A DNA stretch of 64,000 nt from Planctomycetota bacterium. GTDB lineage: Bacteria; Planctomycetota; JAJSAM01; JAJVHW01. The stretch covers positions 544,001 through 608,000 of the forward strand of contig CBDFJG010000004.1 of the NCBI GenBank assembly GCA_965248445.1, given 5' to 3'. Position 1 is the stretch's first letter; each line of letters opens with the position of its first letter. Position numbers and translations under genes: made by a program. The notes below the pieces were generated by a model. It was not told the DNA's origin. It saw only the letters and a program-made list of their open reading frames with translations, and ran no database searches. This document shows positions 42,789 through 53,245 of the stretch, one piece after another.

Positions 42789-43210
42789 GCCACCGTCCCG
42801 TCCGTGTGCTGTTCCTCTGTGACGACAGCTCGTCCCGCAGCCAGATCGCCGAGGCGTGGCTGCGTCACCTGGGCGGTGATCGGTTCATCTCCCGCAGCGC
42901 CGGGATCGAGCCGCGGCATCTGCACCCGCTCGCCACGCGCGCCATGCAGGAAGTCGGCGTCAACATCGCGCGGCAGCGCGGGAAGGCGGTCGAGGCGGTC
43001 GTTCGCGAGCGCTTCGACGTGGTCATCACGCTGTCGGACGGTGTACGGGGCGCCGTGGATCGCGTCGCCGGCCCGTTCTCCCACGAGCACGAGGACTTCA
43101 CCGACCCGTCTTGGCTCGAGGAGGAGGACGGCGGCGACCTCGAGCAGTTCCACTCCGTCCGCGACGCGCTGCGCGCGTTCGTCGAGGCGCTGATCGCGCG
43201 CTACGCCTGA
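42785..43210 (+). CDS. arsC: ArsC/LMW-PTP-family protein
   Basis: VLFLCDDSSSRSQIAEAW, SAGIEP, FDVVITL, FTDP; ATGA overlap with tricorn. Confidence 0.7.
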   Translation: MSHRPVRVLFLCDDSSSRSQIAEAWLRHLGGDRFISRSAGIEPRHLHPLATRAMQEVGVNIARQRGKAVEAVVRERFDVVITLSDGVRGAVDRVAGPFSHEHEDFTDPSWLEEEDGGDLEQFHSVRDALRAFVEALIARYA

Positions 43211-45402
43211 CGCAGGCGCAGGGAGTTGCCGACCACCGTCAGCGACGACAACGCCATGGCGCCCGCAGCCCACGTGGGCGAGATCGAGAGGCCGAACGAC
43301 TCGAACAGGCCGGCCGCAACGGGTATCGCCAGCACGTTGTAGAAGAACGCCCAGAGCAGGTTCCACCGGATGGTCGTGAGCGTCTTCCGCGCTACGCGCA
43401 GCGCGTCCACGAGCGCCGTCAGGCTGCCGCGGAGCAGAGCCACGTGCGCGGTCTCGAGGGCCACATCCGTGCCGGTGCCCATGGCGACGCCGACGTCGGC
43501 CGTGGCGAGCGCCGGCGCATCGTTGATCCCGTCGCCGACCATGGCAACTCGTGCGCCACCCGCTCGCAGTTGCTCGATCGCACTCACCTTGTCCTCGGGC
43601 AGGAGTCCACTGCGCACATCGGTGACTCCCGCGGCGGCAGCCACTGCGCGCGCCGGCGCATCGCGATCTCCCGTGAGCATGACGGGCCGCAGTCCGAGTC
43701 GGCCGAGAGACGCCACCGTCGCTGCCGTCCCTTCGCGAATGCCGTCCTCGACGGCGAACAGTGCGATCGCCGCGTTGTTCCGCGCGACGGCCAGCACGCC
43801 CGCGCCGCGCTCGTCTGCACGCGAGCGGGCCGAGGCGAGCGGCGTGACGTCCACGCCCTCTTCCTCGAGCATGCGCACGCTGCCGACGAGCACCGCATCG
43901 CCCTCGACAGTGGCGCGCACACCGCGGCCCGGGACCGCGGCAAAGCCGGTCGCCACCGACAGGTCGAGGCCCCGTTCCGTGGCCGCGGCGCGCACGGCGG
44001 ACGCCAGCGGATGCTCGCTGCCCGCTTCGACAGCCGCGGCAACCGCGAGCGCCTCGTCTTCCGTGGCTCCGCCCATCGTCGAGACCTCGCGAACGGCCGG
44101 CCGCCCCTCGGTCAGCGTCCCCGTCTTGTCGAACGCGACGGTGTCCGCCCGCGCGGCGGCCTCGAGGGCGCGCGCGTCACGGAACACGGCGCCGAGGCGG
44201 GCCGCGCGCCCCACGCCCACGATGACGGCCGTCGGCGTCGCGAGGCCCAGCGCGCACGGGCACGAGATCACCAGGACACTGACCGCGCGCCGCACCGCCG
44301 AGGAGACCTCCGCGCCGAGCAGCAGCCAGGCGATGAGCGTGATCAGCGCGAGGACCAGCACGACCGGCACGAACACCGCCGCCACACGGTCCACCATCGA
44401 CTCCACCGGAGCGCGGCTCGACTGCGCCCGGCGAACGGCTGCGACGATGCGGGCGAGCGCCGTGTGCTTGCCCACCCGCGTCGCGCGCATGCGCACGGCG
44501 CCCGTCTCGTTCATGGTGCCGCCGGAGAGCACATCCCCCGGACCCTTCGAGACCGCCAGGCTCTCACCGGTCAGCATCGACTCGTCGACACTGGTCGCGC
44601 CTTCGAGGACCACACCGTCCACCGGCACGCGGTCGCCGGGGCGCACGTGGCAGACGTCACCACGGCGCACGTCGGAGAGAGGGAGGTCGGCGACCTCGCC
44701 GCCCCGCTCCACACGTGCCGTCTCTGGCGCCAGCGACAACAGACTGCGCACCGCATCCCCCGCGCGGTTCTTCGCCCGGTCTTCCAAAGCGCGACCGACG
44801 AGCACGAACGCTACGATCATCGCGGCGGACTCGAACCACGCGTGCCCCGACACGAGGCCCAGTCCAACCGCGACGGACCAGAGGAACGCCGTCCACGTCC
44901 CCACCGCGATCAGCGTATCCATGTCGGCACGGCCGTGCCGTAGCGCTCGCCACGCGCTGGCCGTGAAACGGCGCGCGCACCAGAATTGGACGGGAATCGC
45001 GCAACCGAGCATCGCCCAGCCGCCGAAGCCGCCCCTCAACGACGGGATCCAGCCCATCGCGAACGTCATGATCAGCAGCGCGAGCACGACGGTGAGGACC
45101 GCATCTCGCACCAGACCGGGCTCGCCGTGCGCCGGCGGCGGCGGCGCGAACACATCCGCGTCGTCGTCCTGCAGCGTCAGTCCGTAGCCGCCCTCCGCGT
45201 CCGCCGCGGCACCCGCCGCCGCCGGATCGAATCGTGCTGGATCTGCGGCGACGACCGCCTCCGACGCCGCGAGACTGACTTCGACCTCGGAGACGCCGTC
45301 GACCTGTCGCAGGGCCTTCGTGAGACCGGCGACGCAGCCCGCGCACCGCATACCGGTGACGGAGAACACGTAGCGGTCCTCGAGTGCCGTGTCGTCGCTC
45401 AC
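43201..45402 (-). CDS. copA: Cu(I)-translocating P1B-type ATPase
   Basis: HMA GMRCAGC, TGES, CPCALGLATP, DKTGTLT, SEHP, GDGINDAP, YN and MALSS motifs. Confidence 0.92.
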   Translation of the reverse strand: MSDDTALEDRYVFSVTGMRCAGCVAGLTKALRQVDGVSEVEVSLAASEAVVAADPARFDPAAAGAAADAEGGYGLTLQDDDADVFAPPPPAHGEPGLVRDAVLTVVLALLIMTFAMGWIPSLRGGFGGWAMLGCAIPVQFWCARRFTASAWRALRHGRADMDTLIAVGTWTAFLWSVAVGLGLVSGHAWFESAAMIVAFVLVGRALEDRAKNRAGDAVRSLLSLAPETARVERGGEVADLPLSDVRRGDVCHVRPGDRVPVDGVVLEGATSVDESMLTGESLAVSKGPGDVLSGGTMNETGAVRMRATRVGKHTALARIVAAVRRAQSSRAPVESMVDRVAAVFVPVVLVLALITLIAWLLLGAEVSSAVRRAVSVLVISCPCALGLATPTAVIVGVGRAARLGAVFRDARALEAAARADTVAFDKTGTLTEGRPAVREVSTMGGATEDEALAVAAAVEAGSEHPLASAVRAAATERGLDLSVATGFAAVPGRGVRATVEGDAVLVGSVRMLEEEGVDVTPLASARSRADERGAGVLAVARNNAAIALFAVEDGIREGTAATVASLGRLGLRPVMLTGDRDAPARAVAAAAGVTDVRSGLLPEDKVSAIEQLRAGGARVAMVGDGINDAPALATADVGVAMGTGTDVALETAHVALLRGSLTALVDALRVARKTLTTIRWNLLWAFFYNVLAIPVAAGLFESFGLSISPTWAAGAMALSSLTVVGNSLRLRQA

Positions 45403-45409
45403 GCGCCCA

Positions 45410-46381
45410 CTATGCGCGCCCCTGCAGGAACAGCCATGTGATGTAACCGGCGTAGAGGCAGAGCAGGACCGTGCCCTGCGTGCGTCCCAGGCGGTGCTTC
45501 TTCCAGAAGAACGGGAACGCGAGCACGGCGAAACCGGTCATGATCGCCAGGTCTGTGGTCATACGCGCCGAGATGGGCACGTTGGCCACCGCACTGGTCG
45601 TTCCCAGCACGAACAGCAGGTTGAAGACGTTCGATCCCGCGACGTTCCCGACCGCCAGTTCCGGGTGTCCCTGCCGTGCAGCGGCGACGGTCGTCACGAG
45701 TTCGGGCAGCGACGTCCCAAGGGCGACGAGCGACAAGCCGATCACTTCGTTGGGCACGTTCAGGATGGCGGCAGTGCCAGTCGCGCCGTCCACGAACACC
45801 TCGGCACCGAGTGCGACGAACACCAATCCGACCAGCAGCCATCTGGCAGCGGCACCCACGGGCGCTCGCACGCCGTCCTCACGTGGTGTCGCGCGTCTCC
45901 CCGCACGCGCGGCGCGCAGCGACGTCAGCAGGTACGCAACGAACGCTGCGAGCAGCACGGCCCACGCCCAGCCGCCCAAGCCACCGCCGTCGGGCCGGAA
46001 CCAGAGGAACAAGCCGAGCGCTACGACAAGTCCGAGCGGCAGGTCGACGACACGAAGCTTGCGCTCAACGAGGACGGGCGCGAGCACCGCAGCGACACCG
46101 AGGATCAGGCCGACGTTCGCGATGTTCGAGCCGACGACGTTGCCGATCGCGATTCCCGGGTCGCCGCGGAGCGCGGCGCTCAGGCAGACCAGCAACTCCG
46201 GCAGCGACGTACCGAACCCGAGGACCACCGCGCCGATGATGTGCTCCGGGACGCGCAGCGCACGGGAGACGCCTGCGGCGCTGGCGACCAGCTTGTCTCC
46301 CCCCCACCACAGCGCCACGCCGCCGAGCAGCAGGAGCACGGGCGCCGGGATAGCGCCACCGAACGTCCAGTCAAAGTCCAC
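45410..46381 (-). CDS. Ca2+/Na+ antiporter (YrbG-like)
   Basis: Two GTSLPE...GN..GSN alpha repeats. Confidence 0.9.
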   Translation of the reverse strand: MDFDWTFGGAIPAPVLLLLGGVALWWGGDKLVASAAGVSRALRVPEHIIGAVVLGFGTSLPELLVCLSAALRGDPGIAIGNVVGSNIANVGLILGVAAVLAPVLVERKLRVVDLPLGLVVALGLFLWFRPDGGGLGGWAWAVLLAAFVAYLLTSLRAARAGRRATPREDGVRAPVGAAARWLLVGLVFVALGAEVFVDGATGTAAILNVPNEVIGLSLVALGTSLPELVTTVAAARQGHPELAVGNVAGSNVFNLLFVLGTTSAVANVPISARMTTDLAIMTGFAVLAFPFFWKKHRLGRTQGTVLLCLYAGYITWLFLQGRA

Positions 46382-46480
46382 GTCCGGAGTATCGGTCCGC
46401 GCTGCGGCGGGGGCCCGAAAGCAAGCGGGGCCGGCGCTCGCGCCGGCCCCGCTGGGTTCTCCTGTCGATGGGGACGCGGC

Positions 46481-47161
46481 TCAGTCGCCGGCGCCGCCCT
46501 TCTGGCACCCCTCCGGGTGCGGGCGGACGTGCTCCGGTGGCGCAGCGACCGGCGGCGGGGCCACCGGTGGAGAGACCCGAACCGGAGGCCGGGCGGCAGG
46601 CGGAGGCAACGGCGGGCCGGGATAACGCGTGAACGCAGGACCCTGCTGGCCGCCACCGTGGTGGCAGCTGCTGTTGTGCCGATGAGGCGCCGCGCAGTTG
46701 CCGCCACGCTTGACGGGCGGGGCCCGGAAGACCTGGCGCTGGACCGGTGGCGGCGGGGCGACGATCACGGGGCCAACCGGAGCGTTCCGGCACAGCTCCT
46801 CGGGGCGAGTCAGCGTCGGGCAGTCGAACGCTCCGCACTCGCCCGAACACGCGGCCTCACGGCCGCGCAGGCACGCCTGGTCGCGGGCCGACCATGCGCG
46901 GGGCAACGACTCTGGAGCCGGGCATGCCGTGGCATGCCGGTTCACACGCGCCGACTGGGCGCCGGCAGCGCGCACGCCGATGGTGGCCACGGCAGCAGCG
47001 CGCCGGTAGTTCGGAAGATAGACGCGCTCCGCGTCGGGGAACTCCACCACGCCTGGTCCGTAGACGAGGCCCGGGTCGGATCCCAGGTACCCGCCACTGG
47101 AGTGGCAGGCTGACAGGAGCGCGGCCGAGACGGCCAGCGAGAGAACGAGCAGCGATCGCAT
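46481..47161 (-). CDS. Hypothetical Cys/Pro-rich lipoprotein
   Basis: Lipobox LSAC; Cys-rich middle and Pro-rich tail. Confidence 0.5.
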   Translation of the reverse strand: MRSLLVLSLAVSAALLSACHSSGGYLGSDPGLVYGPGVVEFPDAERVYLPNYRRAAAVATIGVRAAGAQSARVNRHATACPAPESLPRAWSARDQACLRGREAACSGECGAFDCPTLTRPEELCRNAPVGPVIVAPPPPVQRQVFRAPPVKRGGNCAAPHRHNSSCHHGGGQQGPAFTRYPGPPLPPPAARPPVRVSPPVAPPPVAAPPEHVRPHPEGCQKGGAGD

Positions 47162-47291
47162 GGAGTGGGTCCTCTGAATCCGGGTGCCTTCGCTGCTCTA
47201 TGCGCCTCCTCGCTGCAAACTTGGGAGGGGTTTTTCTCAATATGAGGGCCAGGCTCGGCCCAGGCTCGAGTCACGAACCGCCGGACGAGCG

Positions 47292-48461
47292 TCAGAGCAG
47301 CGCGATCGCGGCGGAGAAGCCGTGGACGAAGTTCCCCGGTCCGACGGGCCCGATCTCTCCATTGCAGAAGAATCCGGACAGCGGAATCGCCCCCGCGTGG
47401 CGGGTGATCGCGGAGACGTCGTGGTCCGGAGCGCCGAAGAGGCGGCTCCCGCGCCCCGCGCAGGTGAAGAGCAGCGCGGCCGCGGCGGGTCCCCCGCGGT
47501 CGATCTCGCTCGCCATCGCCAGTTCGAGATCCTCGTCGGCCGTCGTGCCGTCGCGGAGTTGAAGTTGAACGGTCTGACCGACGCGGATGCGGTCTCCGAC
47601 CATCACCGCGGACTCCTCGGGCAGAACGCCGGTGAAGTTGCGGATCAAAAAGTCGCCGCGTCGGAACTCAGGGCGCGCCTCGTGGGTCACACGGCCGAAC
47701 AGCAGGTTCGTCCGCGCGAGGTCCCGGTCGGCGGCGGGGAGCCCCTGCACGACCTCCTGGATCGCATCGAGCGCGGGCTGTCCCGACAAGGCAAGGAGCT
47801 TGTTCTCCTCGGCGCGGGTGATCACGAAGCGGCGGCCGACGGGGCGACAGCCCTGCGACACGACGTACCGCGCAGTCAGCCCGTGGGCCGCGACCACGAC
47901 CCCTCCGAATCGCGGCGCACTGCGGTCGCGATAGAGGACGTGACCACCCGGCCGGCCGCCGCCACTGGCGAGCCCGCCGACTGCGCCGGCGCCCGGAAAC
48001 GCTTCGTCCAGGCGTGTCAGCAGCAGGTCGGCGTCCATCGTGAACGGATCGGCGAAGGTCATCAGGAACGGATCGGCGCCGCGCTGCCCGCCGAGCGCGG
48101 TGCGAAGCGTCTCGGGGTGGATCTGCGTGAGCAGCTCGTCGTGCCGCACCTCGGTCACGTGCAGCGTGGCGCCTGGGAGGCCGCCGGCCAGCACGGAGAC
48201 GGCCGGCCCGCTCTCCACCTCGCCGCCGGTCGCGAGCACCCCGGCGCCCGAACACCCGACGAGCGTGCCGCACCGCAGACGATCCACGAGCCGGGCTCCG
48301 GCCTCGGCGACGCCGTCACCGTAGGCGGGCGACACGAAGAGAACGACCAGGTCGGGCGCCGCGCCGTCGAGACCTGCATGGATCTCGTCGGCGACGTGCG
48401 TGAGCGCGTCGTCCAGTGTTCCGCCGGAGTGGAGGGCGCTCACGAAGCGCGGACGTTGCAT
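47292..48461 (-). CDS. FIST N/C-domain sensory protein
   Basis: LVGCSGAGV, GGLASG, VSQGCRPVG, FTCAGRG, GFFCNGEIGP. Confidence 0.9.
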   Translation of the reverse strand: MQRPRFVSALHSGGTLDDALTHVADEIHAGLDGAAPDLVVLFVSPAYGDGVAEAGARLVDRLRCGTLVGCSGAGVLATGGEVESGPAVSVLAGGLPGATLHVTEVRHDELLTQIHPETLRTALGGQRGADPFLMTFADPFTMDADLLLTRLDEAFPGAGAVGGLASGGGRPGGHVLYRDRSAPRFGGVVVAAHGLTARYVVSQGCRPVGRRFVITRAEENKLLALSGQPALDAIQEVVQGLPAADRDLARTNLLFGRVTHEARPEFRRGDFLIRNFTGVLPEESAVMVGDRIRVGQTVQLQLRDGTTADEDLELAMASEIDRGGPAAAALLFTCAGRGSRLFGAPDHDVSAITRHAGAIPLSGFFCNGEIGPVGPGNFVHGFSAAIALL

Positions 48462-48488
48462 CGCCCGCACTCTACACAGCGCTGCTAG

Positions 48489-50157
48489 CCCGAATCGTTC
48501 ACCAGCCGGGAATCTGAGCGGGCCGTCGTCTGTCTAAGTGCTCGTACGCGCCAGTACTTGCACCGACAGGAGCGCCGGCCCGATGACGACAGACTGTAGC
48601 CCGCAGGGGACCCTCTTCGCGGGCATCTGTGGACGCACCGCGGTGACGCGCTTCGACGCGGGTACCGTGACGAGCGACGGGGGCGTGCTGCTGCTCGAGC
48701 GGACCGATCGTCGCATCGATCTGCTCTCGCGGTTTGCGCGCTGCTTCGGGGACCACCGGGACCCGCGTCGGGTCGAGCACACGGTCGGCCAGATGCTGCG
48801 TCAGCGGGTCTTCGGGCTGTGCGCGGGCTACGAGGATCTGGTGGACCACGACCATGTCGGCAAGGACCCGCTGTTTGCCGCGGCGTGCGGCAAGCGCGAG
48901 GGTGCTCTGGCCACGCACCCGACGCTCTCGCGGCTCGAGACCACGCAGCTCGGCGCCACGGCACAGACGCGCTACGCCAAGATCGAGATGGACCAGGAGC
49001 GCGTGGACAGCGTGCTCAGCGACGTCTTCTGCGAGGCCATGGGGCCGGAGGATCCGGGCCTGCTCGTGCTGGACCTGGACCACTCCGACGTGCGGCTGCA
49101 CGGCCGGCAGGAGGGCCGCTTCTTCCACGGCTACTACGGGCACTACTGCTACCTGCCGCTGTACGTCTTCTGCGGCGAGCACCTCTTGCTCGCTCGGCTC
49201 CAGACCGCTGACAGAGATCCCGCGCGCGGAGTCGTGGACGAGCTCCGTGCGCTGGTCTTACGTCTGCGGCGCCGCTGGCCCCGGGCCAAGGTGCTCGTGC
49301 GCGCAGACTCGGGCTTTTGCCGCGAGGAGCTGATGGCCTGGTGCGAGGCCGCCGGCCACTTCTACCTGCTGGGCATGGCGCGCAATGAGCGCCTTGAGCG
49401 ACACGTCGAAGACGCGCTCGATGAGGCCGCAGCCCGTGCCGTGCAGACCGGCCGAGCAGCCCGGGTCTTTCGCGACTTTGCCTGGACCACGCTGGGGAGC
49501 TGGAGCCAGAGGCGTCGCGTGGTCGCCAAGGCCGAGCACCTGCCGGGCGGCAAGCGCAATCCCCGCTTCGTGGTGACCAATCTGCCGCCTCGTAGCTGGA
49601 GCAGCAAGCGTCTCTACGAGCAGCTCTACTGCGCCCGGGGCGAGGCGGAGAATCGCATCAAGGAGCAGCAGCTCGAGCTCTTCGGCACCCGTCTGTCGGT
49701 GCACACGATGCAGGGCAACGCCGTGCGGATGGCCATGTCGGCCATGGCCTACGTCCTGACCTGTGCGCTGCGACGCATCGGTCTCGCCGGCACCGAGATG
49801 GCGCGTGCGCAAGCCGGCACGATCCGCCTGCGGCTGCTCAAGATCGGCGCGCTCGTGCGGATCACGACGCGCCGGATCTGGGTCTCGATGTCCTCGTCGT
49901 GGCCCTGGCAGCACGTCTTCGAGCGCTGCGCGCAACGACTGCTGGCATCCCCGAAGCCGACCTGACGTCCCGCCGCGCCGTCCGCCACACCACCGCCCGG
50001 CCTACGGTCTGCCCACACCGCAGAATCCGCGCCGTTTCGGCCGCTCACTCGCGTTGCCCTTGTGGCAACGACGACAGCATCCGCCCTCGCCTGGCCAAGA
50101 TCTGACCCTGTGGACTCCGAAAGCACCGTCATCGCGACGTCTCGTGAACAGATGCGG
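48489..50157 (+). mobile_element. IS1380-family insertion sequence (1669 bp)
   Basis: Imperfect IRs CCCGAATCGTTCAC / GTGAACAGATGCGG; CTAG duplicated at 48485-48488 and 50158-50161; single transposase. Confidence 0.9.
48583..49965 (+). CDS. tnp: IS1380-family DDE transposase
   Basis: TSDGGVLLL, GYED, LDLD, HGRQEG.FFHGYY, RADSGF, Y..RGEAENRIKE. Confidence 0.93.
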   Translation: MTTDCSPQGTLFAGICGRTAVTRFDAGTVTSDGGVLLLERTDRRIDLLSRFARCFGDHRDPRRVEHTVGQMLRQRVFGLCAGYEDLVDHDHVGKDPLFAAACGKREGALATHPTLSRLETTQLGATAQTRYAKIEMDQERVDSVLSDVFCEAMGPEDPGLLVLDLDHSDVRLHGRQEGRFFHGYYGHYCYLPLYVFCGEHLLLARLQTADRDPARGVVDELRALVLRLRRRWPRAKVLVRADSGFCREELMAWCEAAGHFYLLGMARNERLERHVEDALDEAAARAVQTGRAARVFRDFAWTTLGSWSQRRRVVAKAEHLPGGKRNPRFVVTNLPPRSWSSKRLYEQLYCARGEAENRIKEQQLELFGTRLSVHTMQGNAVRMAMSAMAYVLTCALRRIGLAGTEMARAQAGTIRLRLLKIGALVRITTRRIWVSMSSSWPWQHVFERCAQRLLASPKPT

Positions 50158-50613
50158 CTAGCGCGGCGGCTCGCCCGCCGACGGACGCCGGAGAGGGACG
50201 GGGACACGCACGACGACGTCCCGATCGTCGCCTTCGCCGCCCTCGTGTGCGTCCGCACCCAGGGAGACCAGGACGGCGTCGCCGTCTCCGGTGCGGGCGT
50301 ACAAGATGGGGCGCCCCCACGCGTCGTGGAGCCGGTCGGCGTCGTCGAGCCACCCGTCCAGCAGATCGTCCAGTGCCGTCGGGAGGGAACCCCGCTCCTC
50401 GGAGTACCGGGAGAGCGCGTCCGAGACCTCGTACAGCGAACTCGTCGTCACGGAGCCGGCGGGGGGCGGGTCCGGCAGCCGCATGACGGCCAGCGAGAAC
50501 GCCGCCACGGCCGTCAGCAGCGACACCACGTAGATCGCCCGCGGGGTCTGGCGCTCGGCCAGGTCGACGATGGCGTCTCGCGACGTGACGGGCGGACGGG
50601 GAGGTGGAGGCAC
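50158..50613 (-). CDS. Membrane protein with a GspG/T2SSG-like C-terminal domain
   Basis: TM helix, then LPTALDDL...DAWGRPILY...SLGADAHEGGEGDDRD. Confidence 0.65.
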   Translation of the reverse strand: MPPPPRPPVTSRDAIVDLAERQTPRAIYVVSLLTAVAAFSLAVMRLPDPPPAGSVTTSSLYEVSDALSRYSEERGSLPTALDDLLDGWLDDADRLHDAWGRPILYARTGDGDAVLVSLGADAHEGGEGDDRDVVVRVPVPLRRPSAGEPPR

Positions 50614-50680
50614 GTGCGCTTGGACGTCCCGCAGGCCGCACTCTTGCGCCCCCCCCTTGCCGCCCGCTGCGGTTCAGATT

Positions 50681-50714
50681 GCCGGTGCTGTTCAGAGGCC
50701 GGTGCTGTTCAGAG
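50681..50714. repeat. 17-bp tandem duplication overlapping a stop codon
   Basis: gccggtgctgttcagag x2. Confidence 0.8.
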
Positions 50715-51827
50715 GTCGCGTTCATACACGCGGTAGGTGCGGTAGCGCTCCCCGCCCAGCCGCTCGATGGCGCTGATCATCAGGTCGTTGTCCTCGAGGA
50801 CCCACGAGCACTCGGCGCCGCGGTAGCCCAGCCGTTCGCTGGCGTGTCCCGTTGCCACGACCAGGGCCATCTCGACGCCGCTGCGGCGGGCCTCCGGGAG
50901 CACGCCGAGCGTCAGCACGCGGCCCTGGTCGATCTTGCGCATTCCGAGCAGGAGGCGCGCCAGCGACCACGGCCACAGGCGGCCGCGGATGCGTCCGATC
51001 GCCTGGTTCACGTCCGGCAGCGAGAGCGAGAACGCGATCGGCTCGCCGCCCCGCTCGGCGAACTGCACCAGTTCCGGGACCAGGATCGGTCTCATCTCCT
51101 TCGCCTGATGCCGAATCTCGTCCTCGGTCATCGGCACGAAGCCCCAGTTGGCCGCCCACGCCCCGTTGTAGATCCGCAGGAGGATCTCGATGTCTGCGGC
51201 GAACCCCTCGTCATCCGTGCGGATGGGTCGAAGCGTGAAGCCACCGCGCTCCGTGGCGCGTTCGACGATGCGGCGGATCCGCGGCGTCGGTGCGTCCGTC
51301 GCCACCCAGAACGCCAGCAGGTCGCGCGCCGGTTCGAGACCCCACGCCTCCAGGTGTGCCACGTAGCGCGCCGGGTTGTACGCCATGTCGAACACCGGCG
51401 GGCCCGGCCGGCGGTCTTCGACGAGGAGGCCGCTGATTCCGTTGGTCGTGTAGGAGAGCGGGCCGCGGACCCGCGTGACGCCACGGGTTTGCAGCCATTG
51501 CGCGGCCTCGTCGAGGAGCGCGTGTGCCGTCGCCTCGCCGTCGCACTCGAGCCAGCCGAAGAACCCCGTCCCGGGACCGTGCACCTCGTCGTGTATGCGG
51601 TCCACGCACGCGGCGATTCGTCCAACGTCCTCGCCATCGCGGGTGGCGACGAAGTGCTGCGCCTCGGCGTGGCTGAAGAACGGGTGCTGCGGGCGCCAGC
51701 GGTCGTGGCAGTCGGCCAGCAGCGGGGTTACGAAGTGGGGGTCGCCGCGGTAGGGGGCCAGTCCGGCCTTGAAGAAGCGGACGCGGCCCCGGCGGTCACG
51801 AGCGACGGGCTCGACGCGGAGTCCCAC
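50709..51827 (-). CDS. GNAT-fold acyltransferase, bacterial ceramide synthase (bCerS)-like
   Basis: HPFF, VGRIAA, GFFGWLE, RGPLS, YNPARY, YNGAWAANWGFVPMT, LPDVN, SWVLEDN, YRVYE. Confidence 0.75.
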   Translation of the reverse strand: MGLRVEPVARDRRGRVRFFKAGLAPYRGDPHFVTPLLADCHDRWRPQHPFFSHAEAQHFVATRDGEDVGRIAACVDRIHDEVHGPGTGFFGWLECDGEATAHALLDEAAQWLQTRGVTRVRGPLSYTTNGISGLLVEDRRPGPPVFDMAYNPARYVAHLEAWGLEPARDLLAFWVATDAPTPRIRRIVERATERGGFTLRPIRTDDEGFAADIEILLRIYNGAWAANWGFVPMTEDEIRHQAKEMRPILVPELVQFAERGGEPIAFSLSLPDVNQAIGRIRGRLWPWSLARLLLGMRKIDQGRVLTLGVLPEARRSGVEMALVVATGHASERLGYRGAECSWVLEDNDLMISAIERLGGERYRTYRVYERDL

Positions 51828-51842
51828 GTCGCGCTCGAGCGG

Positions 51843-53033
51843 CTAGGCCACGCGGACGACACCCTCGGCGCGACCGATGCGCGCGAAGGTCTCGATCACG
51901 CGGTCGAGCTCCTCGTCGGTGTGCGTGGCCATGTACGACGTGCGCAGGAGGCCCTCGCCGGACGGCACCGCCGGAGACACGACCGGGTTCGTGAAGACCC
52001 CGGCCTCGTGGAGGAGCTTCCAGAAGCGGAATGTCTCTTCATCGCCACCGACCGGGATCGGGATGATCGGGGAGCGGCTCGCGGACACGTCGTAGCCGAG
52101 GTCACGGAACGCGGCGTTCATGCGGCGGACGTTCTGCCAGAGCCTCTCGCGGCGGTCGGGCTCGCTCTCGATGATGTCGAGTGCCGCGAGCGTCGCCGCC
52201 GTGGACGCCGGTGCCGGCGATGCCGAGAACATCAGCGCGCGGGCGTTGTGCTTCACGAAATCGATGACACCCGCCTCGCCGGCCGCGAAGCCGCCGAGCG
52301 ACGCGAATGACTTGGAGAACGTGCCGACGATCATGTCGACCTCGTCTTCGAGCCCGAAGTGCTCGGCCGTGCCGCGGCCGTTCTCGCCGAGTACGCCGAT
52401 GCCGTGTGCGTCGTCGAGGATGATCCGCGCCCCGTACCTCCTGGCGAGCTCCACGATGCTCGGGAGATCGCAGAGGTCGCCTTTCATCGAGAACACACCG
52501 TCCGTGATGATCAGACGTCCGCTGTGGTCTGGGATGTTCTGGAGCTGGCGTTCCAGGTCCGCCATGTCGCTGTGCCGGTACTTGCGCAGCGTTGCGAACG
52601 ACTGCCGGCAACCGTCGAAGATCGAGGCGTGGTTCTCGCGGTCGCAGAGGATGACGTCGTTCTTCCCGGCCAAGGTCGAGATGACCCCCAGGTTGACCTG
52701 GAAGCCGGTCGAGAACGTGATCGCCGCCTCTTTCCGCACGAACCGCGCGAGCCGCTCTTCGAGCTCCTCGTGGATCTCGAGCGTGCCGTTCAGGAAGCGC
52801 GACCCGGTGCAGCCGGCACCGTACTTCTGGGCAGCCTCGACGGCGGCGCGCACCACGCGGGGGTGGTGGGTCAGCCCGAGGTAGTTGTTCGAGCCGATCA
52901 TGATCAGGGACCGGCCGTTGATCACGCACTCGGTGCCGTGATTCTCGGTGATGGCGAGGAAGTAGGGATAGCTCCCGCTCCGCCTCAGGGCGTCAGCGCG
53001 GCTGTAGCGACGGCATTTCTCGAAGAGATCCAC
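51843..53033 (-). CDS. spt: PLP alpha-oxoamine synthase, serine palmitoyltransferase-like
   Basis: YPYF, GSNNYLGLT, GCTGSRFLNGT, NHASIFDG, DGVFSM, DDAHG, GTFSKS; GTG start with RBS. Confidence 0.75.
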   Translation of the reverse strand: MDLFEKCRRYSRADALRRSGSYPYFLAITENHGTECVINGRSLIMIGSNNYLGLTHHPRVVRAAVEAAQKYGAGCTGSRFLNGTLEIHEELEERLARFVRKEAAITFSTGFQVNLGVISTLAGKNDVILCDRENHASIFDGCRQSFATLRKYRHSDMADLERQLQNIPDHSGRLIITDGVFSMKGDLCDLPSIVELARRYGARIILDDAHGIGVLGENGRGTAEHFGLEDEVDMIVGTFSKSFASLGGFAAGEAGVIDFVKHNARALMFSASPAPASTAATLAALDIIESEPDRRERLWQNVRRMNAAFRDLGYDVSASRSPIIPIPVGGDEETFRFWKLLHEAGVFTNPVVSPAVPSGEGLLRTSYMATHTDEELDRVIETFARIGRAEGVVRVA

Positions 53034-53245
53034 GGACGTTCCTCGCGCGGTGGCGCGACCGGAACCCACCCATAGCGCACCCGCCGAGACCGCCACGCGG
53101 CACCGAGGGGGCTCGTTCCCGCCTGCCTGCGAGGGGAGGGTAGGGATGCCCGAGAGCGGGAGTCAATCTCTAACGCGGCCCCCTGCGGAGCCGGGAGCGG
53201 GCAGCGAACGGGGCGCCGTCCGGTGCTTGGATGAGGCTCGACGGC

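Noticed and set aside
51843..53033. bioF or kbl assignment for the AOS enzyme
   Set aside because: The YPYF/GCTGSRFLNGT pattern and linkage to a bCerS-like GNAT favour Spt; not fully excluded.
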